This document shows positions 18,879 through 28,090 of a stretch of 64,000 nucleotides of DNA, in pieces. This DNA comes from Elusimicrobiota bacterium (GTDB lineage: Bacteria; CG03; SLGR01; PWQF01): positions 7,782 through 71,781 of the forward strand of contig PWOI01000196.1 of NCBI GenBank assembly GCA_003557485.1. Reading direction: 5' to 3'. Under the pieces are notes generated by a model. The model did no database searches, was not told where the DNA came from, and worked only from the letters and a program-made list of their open reading frames with translations. The position numbers and the translations under genes were made by a program. Each line of letters opens with the position of its first letter. Position 1 is the stretch's first letter.

Positions 18879-19895
18879 ATGACTTTGAGAATAGCTGTAG
18901 ATGCCCTGGGGGGAGACAAAGCCCCCTCAATTAATATAGAAGGGGCTGTTGAAGCGCTCCGGCCCGGCGGGCCGGGCAGCGCGGCGGGGAAACAGAAAGT
19001 TGAAATAATACTTGTCGGCCGCAAAGATGAAATAAAAGAAGCACTTTCACTTCACGGGGCTTCAACTCTTCCAATTGAGATAGAGCACGCGACCCAGGTT
19101 GTTGAGATGGATGATGCTCCGACAGCAGCTACACGCCTTAAACCAGATTCTTCAATTTCTGTGGGCATTAAGCTTCTTAAAGAAGGAAGGGCAGACGCCT
19201 TTATCTCTGCAGGCAATTCGGGAGCAATGATGACGGCGGCAGTAATGAATCTGGGCCGGCTCAAGGGAGTAAAAAGGCCTGCAATAGCTACGGTTTTTCC
19301 TACGGTTAAGGACCCCTGTATTATTGTTGATGTCGGAGCAAATGCCGAATGCAAGCCCCGGCACCTCTTTCAGTTTGCGGCTATGGGGGAGTGCTATGTT
19401 AAATATGTCTTTAAAAAAAGAATCCCCCGCATAGGCCTTCTCAGTATGGGTCATGAGGAAGGAAAAGGAAACACACTTACCAGAACTGCCTACGGGCTTT
19501 TAATGGAAAGCGACATGAACTTCATAGGCAACATAGAGGGGGGGGATATAATAAAAGGTGTTGCCGATGTTGTGGTATGCGACGGTTTTGTAGGCAATGT
19601 CGTTCTCAAGTTTGGAGAGAACGCCGCCCGGCTTCTTTTTGAAAAACTGAAGAGCGAGCTCCATAAAGGACTTTTTAGAAAAGCAGGAGCCAGGATACTT
19701 AAGGGAGCCTTTAACAGCGTTAAGAAAGAGGTTTTATACGAAGAGGTAGGCGGTGCGCCGCTGCTGGGTGTTAACGGTACCTGTATAATATGCCACGGCT
19801 CTTCCAATTCCCTGGCTATAAGGAACGCCATTAACGCTGCGGCAGAGGCTGTTGAACAGGACTTGAATAAGCATATAGAGGAAAAGCTGGGATGA
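18879..19895 (+). CDS. plsX: phosphate acyltransferase PlsX
   Basis: IAVDALGGDKAP N-terminus and conserved PlsX core. Classic rpmF-plsX-fabH synteny. Confidence 0.85.
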   Translation: MTLRIAVDALGGDKAPSINIEGAVEALRPGGPGSAAGKQKVEIILVGRKDEIKEALSLHGASTLPIEIEHATQVVEMDDAPTAATRLKPDSSISVGIKLLKEGRADAFISAGNSGAMMTAAVMNLGRLKGVKRPAIATVFPTVKDPCIIVDVGANAECKPRHLFQFAAMGECYVKYVFKKRIPRIGLLSMGHEEGKGNTLTRTAYGLLMESDMNFIGNIEGGDIIKGVADVVVCDGFVGNVVLKFGENAARLLFEKLKSELHKGLFRKAGARILKGAFNSVKKEVLYEEVGGAPLLGVNGTCIICHGSSNSLAIRNAINAAAEAVEQDLNKHIEEKLG

Positions 19896-20872
19896 AAAAA
19901 GTAAAGATCACCGGAACGGGTTCCTGTCTGCCCGAAAAAATTCTGACCAATAGGGATCTTGAGAAAATGGTTGAAACCTCGGATGAGTGGATAACCAAAA
20001 GGACCGGTATAAAAGAAAGGCGAATTGCTGCAGAGGGTGAAGCGGCAAGCGACCTTGGCTGCCGCGCGGCGGAAAAAGCCATAAAGGCAGCAGGTGTGGA
20101 TGCTCAGGAAATAGACCTTATAATATGCGCAACCATTACTCCCGATATGGTTTTTCCTGCTACAGCCTGCCTCATACAGGAGAAACTTGGAATAGAAGAA
20201 GCGGCGGCCTTTGACGTTGAAGCGGCCTGCACCGGGTTTATAACTGCCCTTTCCGTCGCTGAAGGAATGCTGTCTACCGGAAACTACAACAATGCGCTTG
20301 TAGTTGCCAGTGAGATACTTTCCCGAATAACAGACTGGCAGGACCGTTCCACCTGTGTGCTTTTCGGGGACGGGGCGGGAGCTGCCGTTCTTTCGTGCGC
20401 AGAAGGCGAAACAGGGATACTTTCAACTCACCTGGGAGCTTCGGGAGCCTACTGGGATCTACTCAGTTTGCCGGCAGGAGGGTCTCTGAGGCCGGCTTCA
20501 CGCGAAACTGTTGACGGCCGGCTGCATTATATGCGGATGGAAGGAAACAAGGTTTTTAAAATAGCAGTACAGAAAATGGCTGAAGGTTCTCGGGCATCCC
20601 TTCAGAAAGCAGGACTGGGGATAGAAGACATAAAAATTATTGTCCCCCATCAGGCAAACCTCAGGATAATAAAGGCGCTTGCAAAAAAACTTGAGCTTGA
20701 TATGGAAAAGATTTACGTTAATATAGTCGGGTACGGTAATATGTCAGCCGCCACAACCGCGGTGGGGCTTGATGAGATTATAAGAAAAGGCCTTGCTTCC
20801 GAAGGAGATATAATCCAGCTTGTTGCCTTCGGGGGAGGGCTTACCTGGGGCGCGGCTACAGTGAGGCTGTAA
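19892..20872 (+). CDS. fabH: 3-oxoacyl-ACP synthase III
   Basis: ITGTGSCLP...WITKRTGI...AACTGF (active Cys)...GDGAGA...HQAN...GNMSAA motifs. Confidence 0.85.
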   Translation: MKKVKITGTGSCLPEKILTNRDLEKMVETSDEWITKRTGIKERRIAAEGEAASDLGCRAAEKAIKAAGVDAQEIDLIICATITPDMVFPATACLIQEKLGIEEAAAFDVEAACTGFITALSVAEGMLSTGNYNNALVVASEILSRITDWQDRSTCVLFGDGAGAAVLSCAEGETGILSTHLGASGAYWDLLSLPAGGSLRPASRETVDGRLHYMRMEGNKVFKIAVQKMAEGSRASLQKAGLGIEDIKIIVPHQANLRIIKALAKKLELDMEKIYVNIVGYGNMSAATTAVGLDEIIRKGLASEGDIIQLVAFGGGLTWGAATVRL

Positions 20873-21792
20873 TGAGTGAAAAATGTTTTATATTCCCCGG
20901 TCAGGGAAGCCAGAAGGCCGGGATGGGGAAGGAATTTTACGAAACCGGCGATACCTCCCGGCGTATCTGGGAAGAGGCCGGAGAGATACTCGGAACCGAT
21001 CTGAAGAATACTGTATTTGAAGGTCCTGAAGAGAAACTCAGGCAGACAGCGGTTACCCAGCCGGCAGTTTACATAACTGAAATCATTATACTGAATGCCC
21101 TTATTGAGGCAGGAATAACCCCGGCCGCCTGCGCGGGGCACAGCCTGGGAGAATACGCAGCGGCGGCGGCATCCGGGGCAGTAAACTGGCAGACCGGCCT
21201 TAAACTTGTAAAGGAAAGGGCCCGTATCTTTGAGAAGGAATCCTCCCTGAAACCCGGAGGAATGATAGCTGCCATAGGGGCTGAAGAGCAGGAACTTTCG
21301 GGTATACTGGATTCGTTTGACGGGGTAGCGGAAATAGTTAACTATAACTGCCCCGGCCAACTTGTTCTCAGCGCGGAAAAAAAGATATTTCAGGACGTTC
21401 TGAAAGCTGTTGGAGAAAAAGCAAAGATGGCTGTTGAGCTTGAAGTAAGCGGGGCATTTCATTCCTCGCTGATGAATGATGCCGCTCTTGAAATGAAAGA
21501 GATTATAATGGCTGCGGAAATCTCCGATCCGCAGATACCTTTTTATGTCAATTACAGCGGCGTCCGTATGGAAGATGCCGGTCAGGTCCGCGAGGCTCTT
21601 GCAAGGCAGGTTAACTCTCCGGTCAAGTGGATAGATACTATTGAAAACATAAAGAAGGATTTCCCGGAAGCTTTATTTTTTGAAGCCGGGCCCGGCAATG
21701 TGCTTAAAGGACTGCTTAGAAGAATTGACAGGGGATTACAGGTGAAAAATATATCCCGGCCGCAGGATATAGAGAGGGAGATTCAGCAATGA
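20872..21792 (+). CDS. fabD: malonyl-CoA:ACP transacylase
   Basis: IFPGQGSQKAGMG and GHSLGEY active-site serine motif. Confidence 0.85.
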   Translation: MSEKCFIFPGQGSQKAGMGKEFYETGDTSRRIWEEAGEILGTDLKNTVFEGPEEKLRQTAVTQPAVYITEIIILNALIEAGITPAACAGHSLGEYAAAAASGAVNWQTGLKLVKERARIFEKESSLKPGGMIAAIGAEEQELSGILDSFDGVAEIVNYNCPGQLVLSAEKKIFQDVLKAVGEKAKMAVELEVSGAFHSSLMNDAALEMKEIIMAAEISDPQIPFYVNYSGVRMEDAGQVREALARQVNSPVKWIDTIENIKKDFPEALFFEAGPGNVLKGLLRRIDRGLQVKNISRPQDIEREIQQ

Positions 21793-22514
21793 GTGATAAA
21801 AAAACAGCCGTCGTAACCGGCGGGGCTATGGGGATAGGAAAAGCGATTTCCGAAAGGCTGAAAAAAGCCGGCTGCGATATTGTCATAATAGATGTCGATG
21901 AGGAAAAAGCCTCATCTGCAGCTTCCGAACTGGAAGGGACTTATCATGTATGCGATGTAAGTGATTCTGAACAGGTGAACGAAACAGTAGATAAAATTAT
22001 TGAAAATAACGGCAAAATAGATATACTTATCAACAATGCCGGAATAACCGCCGATGCGCTCATGATGAGAATGAAAGAAAATGACTGGGACCGCGTAATT
22101 GGGATTAACCTTAAGGGTGTCTTTAATTTTATGGGCGCTGTTCTTAAAAAATCAATGATGAGAAACAAAAGCGGTTCCATAGTTAATATCGCTTCAATAG
22201 TAGGTATTATAGGGAATCCGGGTCAGGCCAACTATTCGGCATCAAAAGCCGGGGTGATAGCTCTTACAAAAACAGCGGCAAAGGAATCGGCGACTCGGGG
22301 AATAAGGGTAAACGCTATAGCGCCGGGTTTCATAGAAACAAGAATGACTTCAGATCTTCCTGATAAGGTTAAGGAAGAGTTTTTGAGGAATATACCTATG
22401 AAAAGAATGGGTACGGGAGAGGAAGTAGCTGCTGCGGTTGAATTCCTGGCCCTTGAAAATTCATCATACATAACGGGACAGGTAATAATACTTGACGGCG
22501 GGATGGTAATGTAA
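21789..22514 (+). CDS. fabG: 3-oxoacyl-ACP reductase (SDR)
   Basis: TGGAMGIGKA glycine-rich motif, NNAGI, YSASKAG catalytic triad context. Position inside the fab cluster. Confidence 0.85.
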   Translation: MSDKKTAVVTGGAMGIGKAISERLKKAGCDIVIIDVDEEKASSAASELEGTYHVCDVSDSEQVNETVDKIIENNGKIDILINNAGITADALMMRMKENDWDRVIGINLKGVFNFMGAVLKKSMMRNKSGSIVNIASIVGIIGNPGQANYSASKAGVIALTKTAAKESATRGIRVNAIAPGFIETRMTSDLPDKVKEEFLRNIPMKRMGTGEEVAAAVEFLALENSSYITGQVIILDGGMVM

Positions 22515-22546
22515 ATTTAAAGTAAAGGGAGTAAGGAGGAACAAAA

Positions 22547-22786
22547 ATGTCATCAGTAGAAGAAAGAGTAAAGGAAATTATCGCGGAAGAGCTCGGTGTT
22601 GATCAGAGTGAAGTGACCGAAGAGGCGTCATTTTTAAATGACCTCGGTGCTGATTCTCTTGATACCGTAGAGATAGTTATGAGGCTCGAAGAGGAATTTG
22701 ACCAGGAAATTCCGGATGAAGAAGCGGAAAAACTGGACACAGTCGGAAAAGCCATCGATTATATAAAAGGAAAAATAGGCAGCTAA
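22547..22786 (+). CDS. acpP: acyl carrier protein
   Basis: [19 protein letters not shown] phosphopantetheine-attachment motif. 79 aa. Confidence 0.9.
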   Translation: MSSVEERVKEIIAEELGVDQSEVTEEASFLNDLGADSLDTVEIVMRLEEEFDQEIPDEEAEKLDTVGKAIDYIKGKIGS

Positions 22787-22800
22787 TTACTGTTTTACAG

Positions 22801-22850
22801 AAACCCTTTAGTATGTGTTCCGGGCAGGTTTATCCCGGAACAGGGTTTTT
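22801..22850 (+). terminator. nested hairpin plus T-run between acpP and fabF (partial terminator/attenuator)
   Basis: Outer stem AAACCCT (22801-22807) / AGGGTTT (22842-22848). Inner stem TTCCGGG (22818-22824) / CCCGGAA (22834-22840). Followed by TTTT(T). Confidence 0.5.
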
Positions 22851-22876
22851 GAAATACAGAAAACGGAGAATATAAA

Positions 22877-24121
22877 ATGACTAAAAGGAGAGTTGTCATA
22901 ACCGGTACGGGAGTGCTTACGCCGATAGGTTCCGATATCAGGGAATTCTGGAATTCACTTATTGAGGGGAAAAACGGTGTAGGGCAGATTACGAAATTTG
23001 ACGCATCGGAATATTCGACTACAATTGCGGCCGAGATAAAGGACTTTAATCCGGAGAATTTCGGAATAGACCCGAAAAAAGCCAAGCGGCTTGATATATT
23101 TATTCTCTATGCCCTGGCTGCTTGTCGGGAGGCTTTTCAGACGAGCGGTATTGAAACGGAAAAAGAAGACCCCTTCCGTATGGGAGTAGTTGTGGGCAGC
23201 GGTATAGGCGGCCTTCAGTTAATAGAACAGGAAAAAACCAAGCTGATAGAGAGAGGGCCCAGGAGAGTAAGCCCTTTTCTTATTCCCGGAATGATAATTG
23301 ATATGGTCGCCGGTGAAGTCGCTATGCAGTACGGGTTTATGGGTCCGAATTACGGGGTAGTCAGCGCCTGCGCCTCCAGCGCCCACGCGATCGGGGATGC
23401 TATGCGCATGATACAGTACGGTGACGCTGATGTAATAATAACCGGCGGAAGCGAGGCTTCTGTAACCCAGCTCGGGCTTGCGGGTTTCTGTTCGGCGAAA
23501 GCCCTTTCAAAACGGAATGATGAGCCACAGAAAGCGTCGCGGCCTTTTGACGCCCAGAGGGACGGATTTGTTATGGGAGAGGGTGCGGGGTTTCTTGTTC
23601 TTGAAGAGCTTGAACATGCAAAAAAACGCGGAGCCGAGATACTGGCCGAGGTCAGGGGCTACGGAGCCACCGCCGATGCCTATCATATGACTGCGCCACA
23701 TCCTGAAGGAGCCGGAGGCATAGCTGCAATGAAAGCGGCGATAAGGGATGCGGAACTTGATATTTCCGAAATAGATTATATCAACGCTCACGGGACATCA
23801 ACGGAGCTGAACGATAAAATAGAAACAATGGTTATAAAAAAAGTGCTCGGTGAAAGGGCCCTGGAAATACCCGTTTCTTCAACTAAGTCAATGACAGGCC
23901 ACCTTCTCGGGGCTGCAGGCGCTGTAGAATCAATCGCCCTTATAAAATCAATAAAGGAAGGAATAGTTCATCCTACTATAAATTACGAGAATCCTGATCC
24001 CGAATGTGATCTTGATTATGTTCCCAATGAGGCGCGAGAGCATAAAGTCCGCGCCGCTCTTACAAATTCACTGGGTTTCGGAGGGCACAACGCTACTCTT
24101 CTGTTCTCGGAGTTTAAGTGA
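22877..24121 (+). CDS. fabF: 3-oxoacyl-ACP synthase II
   Basis: VVITGTGVLTPIG, SACASS (active Cys), HGTST and GHLLGAAG motifs of KAS I/II. Confidence 0.85.
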   Translation: MTKRRVVITGTGVLTPIGSDIREFWNSLIEGKNGVGQITKFDASEYSTTIAAEIKDFNPENFGIDPKKAKRLDIFILYALAACREAFQTSGIETEKEDPFRMGVVVGSGIGGLQLIEQEKTKLIERGPRRVSPFLIPGMIIDMVAGEVAMQYGFMGPNYGVVSACASSAHAIGDAMRMIQYGDADVIITGGSEASVTQLGLAGFCSAKALSKRNDEPQKASRPFDAQRDGFVMGEGAGFLVLEELEHAKKRGAEILAEVRGYGATADAYHMTAPHPEGAGGIAAMKAAIRDAELDISEIDYINAHGTSTELNDKIETMVIKKVLGERALEIPVSSTKSMTGHLLGAAGAVESIALIKSIKEGIVHPTINYENPDPECDLDYVPNEAREHKVRAALTNSLGFGGHNATLLFSEFK

Positions 24122-24158
24122 TTCAAGAAAACTTTCCTTCTCCATAAAAGGCAGGTAT

Positions 24159-24175
24159 TTCCGGATACGCCGGAA
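24159..24175 (+). terminator. weak hairpin (TTCCGG-ATACG-CCGGAA) followed by T-rich tract between fabF and rnc
   Basis: Perfect 6-bp inverted repeat with a 5-nt loop, then TCATTTAGTTTT. Short stem, so probably only partial termination. Confidence 0.3.
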
Positions 24176-24187
24176 TCATTTAGTTTT

Positions 24188-24892
24188 ATGAGAGAAAGAA
24201 AAAATTCAAAAGCTGTCCGCGAACTTGAGAAAAAACTTGGTTTTAAATTTTCGGATAAATCATTGCTGGAGAGGGCCCTACTGCACAGATCGTATTCGTC
24301 CCAGCACAACATAGAGAAGGATAACGAAAGACTGGAGTTCCTGGGGGACAGTATTCTTAATGCTGCCGTAAGCCGGATGCTTTTCAAAAAATTTCCCGGA
24401 AAAGACGAGGGGGAACTCACAAAAATAAGGGCTAAGCTTGTTTCAGGGGAATCACTCCGGGAATGGGCGGAAAAAATAGATCTTGAAGAATATATTTCGC
24501 TGGGGATGCAGACGAAAAAAAACTCTGAGAGAGGACGGAACAGGATAGCTGTTAACGCTCTTGAGGCGGTTTTCGGGGCGATGTTTCTGGATAAAGGCTT
24601 TAAAAAAACCGCCGCTTTTATAGAAAAGAATTTGAAAGACCGGGATTTTCGCCCCATAATGGATTTTAAGTCCGCTTTGCAGGAGGTTACGGTGGGCAGG
24701 ACAGGAGAGCTCCCAGAGTATGAAACACTGTCTCACGATGGCCCGCCCGGACAAAAAGTATTTAAGGTTATAGTGAAGATTGACGGAAAAATAATGGGAA
24801 CGGGCAGCGGCTCTACAAAAAAAGCAGCCCAGCAGGAGGCGGCAAAAGAAGCCGCCGAAAAATTAAACCAGGAGGATAAAAAAGATGAATGA
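24188..24892 (+). CDS. rnc: ribonuclease III
   Basis: ERLEFLGDSIL catalytic signature and C-terminal dsRBD (GPPGQKVFKV...GTGSGSTKKAAQQEAA). Confidence 0.85.
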   Translation: MRERKNSKAVRELEKKLGFKFSDKSLLERALLHRSYSSQHNIEKDNERLEFLGDSILNAAVSRMLFKKFPGKDEGELTKIRAKLVSGESLREWAEKIDLEEYISLGMQTKKNSERGRNRIAVNALEAVFGAMFLDKGFKKTAAFIEKNLKDRDFRPIMDFKSALQEVTVGRTGELPEYETLSHDGPPGQKVFKVIVKIDGKIMGTGSGSTKKAAQQEAAKEAAEKLNQEDKKDE

Positions 24893-26051
24893 ATGGCAGT
24901 TAACTGAAGACCAGAAAATGATGCGGGATCTCGCCCGCCAGATAGCGCAGGAAAAAGTGAAACCTGTTCGCGCGGAACTTGACGAAAAAGGAGAGTTTCC
25001 GGCAGAGATAATGAAAGTCCTTGCGGAAAGCGACCTTTTTGCGGTTTTTGTTCCCGAGCAGTACGGAGGGCTGGGAGGCGGCTGCTTTGAACTTTGCCTT
25101 ATTACTGAGGAACTTTCAAAAGTCTGTCCCGCTGTTGCGGTAAGTTACGCGGCAAGCGCTCTTGGAGCCTATCCGATACTTCTTTTTGGAAGCGAGGAAC
25201 AGAAAAAGAAATACCTGCCGCAGATTGCTTCAGGTGAAAAACTGGCTGCATTCGGCCTCACCGAACCTAACGCCGGCAGTGACGCGGGAGCGCTTCAGAC
25301 CACTGCCGAAAAAGACGGAGACAGCTATATCCTCAACGGCAACAAGATTTTCATAACAAACGGCGGCGTAGCTGAGATATATTCTATCCTTGCTATGACA
25401 GATAAAAGCAAGGGCGCGCGCGGGGCTTCAGTATTTATAGTTGAGAAAGGAACTGAAGGATTTGATTTCGGGAAGAAGGAAGATAAGCTGGGGATAAGGG
25501 CTTCCGTAACCCGTGAGCTTGTTTTTGAAAACTGCCGCGTTCCTGCTGAAAATGTAATAAGAAAAGAGGGGATGGGGTTTATAGTTGCTATGAAGACCTT
25601 TGACAGCTCCAGGCCCGGGATAGGGGCCCAGGCGGTAGGCACGGCGCAGGGCGCCCTGGATGAGGCCGTTGACTATGCAAGGCAGAGAATACAGTTTGGC
25701 CAGCCGATATCTTCATTCCAGGCCGTTAGGCATATGATAGCCGATATGGCCACAAAGATAGAAGCAGCCAGGTCTCTGGTTTACAAGGCTGCATCTGCAG
25801 TTGACAGTGGTATGAAGGATGTCTCCAAGCTAAGCGCAATGGCCAAGCTTTTTGCATCGGATGTGGCGATGGAAGTTACTACCGATGCTGTACAGATATT
25901 TGGGGGCTACGGATATATGAAAGAATACCCTGCCGAGAAATTCATGCGTGACGCCAAGATTACGCAGATATATGAAGGAACCAACCAGATCCAGAGAGAT
26001 GTAATAGGGCTGGAAGTAATTAAAGAATCAACAAAGAAAAAAATAAAATGA
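24885..26051 (+). CDS. acyl-CoA dehydrogenase (short/butyryl-CoA type)
   Basis: 388 aa. GLTEPNAGSD, catalytic-glutamate region YEGTNQIQR and FAD-binding motifs. Start overlaps the rnc stop by 8 nt. Confidence 0.8.
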   Translation: MNEWQLTEDQKMMRDLARQIAQEKVKPVRAELDEKGEFPAEIMKVLAESDLFAVFVPEQYGGLGGGCFELCLITEELSKVCPAVAVSYAASALGAYPILLFGSEEQKKKYLPQIASGEKLAAFGLTEPNAGSDAGALQTTAEKDGDSYILNGNKIFITNGGVAEIYSILAMTDKSKGARGASVFIVEKGTEGFDFGKKEDKLGIRASVTRELVFENCRVPAENVIRKEGMGFIVAMKTFDSSRPGIGAQAVGTAQGALDEAVDYARQRIQFGQPISSFQAVRHMIADMATKIEAARSLVYKAASAVDSGMKDVSKLSAMAKLFASDVAMEVTTDAVQIFGGYGYMKEYPAEKFMRDAKITQIYEGTNQIQRDVIGLEVIKESTKKKIK

Positions 26052-26833
26052 ATATAGTAGTCTGCATAAAACAGGTCCCGGATACTACAGAGGTAAAAAT
26101 AAATCCCGAAACCAATACCCTTATTAGGGAAGGGGTTGAGTCTATAATAAATCCGTTTGATACCTATGCTATAGAAGAGGGTATCAGGATAAAAGAGAAA
26201 CTCAACGGTGAGGTTACGGCTCTTTCAATGGGCCCGCCGCAGGCAGAGGAATCTCTTCGTCAGGCGGTAGCTCTTGGAGCTGACAAGGGGGTGCTTCTTA
26301 CTGACCGGAATTTTGCCGGTTCCGATACCTGGGCTACAGCCTATACACTGGCCAGGGGAATAAAGAAACTGAAAGATGTAGACCTTGTTATATGCGGGAA
26401 ACAGGCCATAGACGGGGATACGGCCCAGGTAGGGCCGGGGATAGCCGAGTTTATGGGAATTCCCTGTATAACATATGTCAGGAAGATTGAAGAAATAGAC
26501 GAAAATAAAATGAGGGTCCACAGGATGATGGAGGGAGGCTATCATATAATAGATGTGCCTCTGCCGGCGCTTATTACGGTTGTGAAGGAAATAAACGAAC
26601 CGCGTATGCCTTCACTCCGGGGCAAGATGAATGCCCGAAAGGCCGAAATAGAAAAATGGACCGCGGCCGACATCGCTTGCGAAGTCAACAATATAGGACA
26701 GATGGGTTCACCCACGTGGGTTGATAAGATATTTGCTCCCCCCAGGAGGGAAAAAGGAGTAATTTTCAAGGGTGAGCCCGCCGAGTCTGCCGGCAAACTG
26801 ATAGAAGCTCTTAAGGAAAAGAAGATAGTATAA
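26048..26833 (+). CDS. etfB: electron transfer flavoprotein beta subunit
   Basis: MNIVVCIKQVPDT start and conserved EtfB core. ATGA overlap with the dehydrogenase. Confidence 0.8.
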   Translation: MNIVVCIKQVPDTTEVKINPETNTLIREGVESIINPFDTYAIEEGIRIKEKLNGEVTALSMGPPQAEESLRQAVALGADKGVLLTDRNFAGSDTWATAYTLARGIKKLKDVDLVICGKQAIDGDTAQVGPGIAEFMGIPCITYVRKIEEIDENKMRVHRMMEGGYHIIDVPLPALITVVKEINEPRMPSLRGKMNARKAEIEKWTAADIACEVNNIGQMGSPTWVDKIFAPPRREKGVIFKGEPAESAGKLIEALKEKKIV

Positions 26834-28050
26834 TGCCTATTAAAATAATTTCAGATAAGTGTTCGGGTTGTACGAAATGTGTACAGGCGTGTCCTTTTGA
26901 TGTCATAGAAATGAAATCAAGAGAGGAAACGGGACAACCCCATCCCAGGTTCAAAAAAATAGCTTTTATAAATGAAGGCTGCAATCTCTGTGGGGCCTGC
27001 GAGCCTGAATGCCCGTTTGATGCCATAGAAATAACCAAAGAAGAAAAAAAGCCCAGGGTAGCTCTGGATGAATATAAGAATATCTGGGTCTTTGCCGAGC
27101 AGAAAAACGGCGAAATAGAGGAAGTTGGTTTGGAGCTATTAGGGAAAGGCCGCCAGCTTGCCGATAAGAGAGGCTGTTCCCTTGCCGCAGTGCTGCTGGG
27201 AGACGGAGTAAAAGGAAAAGCCGGTGAGCTTATATCCCACGGCGCCGATACGGTCTATGTTATGGAAGATGGGATGCTTAAAGATTTCCTTGACGAGCCG
27301 TATACCGCCGCTATGCAGTATCTGATAGAAAAGTATAAGCCTGAAACAGTTTTAATGGGAGCCACTACAATAGGAAGGGCTTTTGCTTCCAGGCTGGCTG
27401 CAAGGATAGTGACAGGGTTGACTGCCGACTGCACAGAACTTGATGTAGATAGCTCAAGCGGGCTTCTTCACCAGACCCGCCCGGCCTTTGGCGGCAACAT
27501 AATGGCAACTATTTTTACCGAGCACCACAGGCCCCAGATGGCTACTGTGCGCCATAAGGTTTTTAAGCCTATTCCTTCTGACGGGAGCCGCAAAGGTGAA
27601 ATTGTTGAGGAGAAATACCCTGGAAAATTCACCTCGCTTTCCAGAGTGGTTGAGTTTATAAAAGACGAAACACAGCAAGTAAATCTTGCCGATGCAGATA
27701 TTATAGTTTCGGGGGGAAGAGGAATGGGTAAACCGGAAAATTTTAATCTTATAAAAGATCTTGCCGACGCGCTGGGAGGCGCAGTAGGGTCATCCAGGGC
27801 CGCAGTTGATGCGGGATGGATCCCGTACTCCCACCAGGTGGGCCAGACCGGAAGAACCGTGGCTCCCAAAATATATGTGGCAGTCGGCATATCAGGAGCT
27901 ATTCAGCACCAGGTAGGTATGAATTCTTCGGATACCATAATAGCAATAAATAAGGATGAAAACGCTCCTATTTTTGATATAGCCAGTTATGGTATAGTCG
28001 GGGATCTTTTTGAAGTTGTTCCGCAGCTTATTAAGCAGCTTAAAGATTAA
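26833..28050 (+). CDS. etfA: electron transfer flavoprotein alpha subunit with N-terminal 2x[4Fe-4S] ferredoxin domain
   Basis: N-terminal CSGCTKCVQACP and CNLCGACEPECP motifs, then EtfA FAD-binding core (SGGRGMG...AVGSSRAAVDAGW...QVGQTG). Confidence 0.8.
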   Translation: MPIKIISDKCSGCTKCVQACPFDVIEMKSREETGQPHPRFKKIAFINEGCNLCGACEPECPFDAIEITKEEKKPRVALDEYKNIWVFAEQKNGEIEEVGLELLGKGRQLADKRGCSLAAVLLGDGVKGKAGELISHGADTVYVMEDGMLKDFLDEPYTAAMQYLIEKYKPETVLMGATTIGRAFASRLAARIVTGLTADCTELDVDSSSGLLHQTRPAFGGNIMATIFTEHHRPQMATVRHKVFKPIPSDGSRKGEIVEEKYPGKFTSLSRVVEFIKDETQQVNLADADIIVSGGRGMGKPENFNLIKDLADALGGAVGSSRAAVDAGWIPYSHQVGQTGRTVAPKIYVAVGISGAIQHQVGMNSSDTIIAINKDENAPIFDIASYGIVGDLFEVVPQLIKQLKD

Positions 28051-28090
28051 TAAGCCGAGGTATAATATTAAATAATACGGTCAGGTAAAT

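Noticed and set aside
20713-21462. 249-aa minus-strand ORF
   Set aside because: Antisense to the fabH/fabD junction. Both plus-strand genes have canonical active-site motifs.
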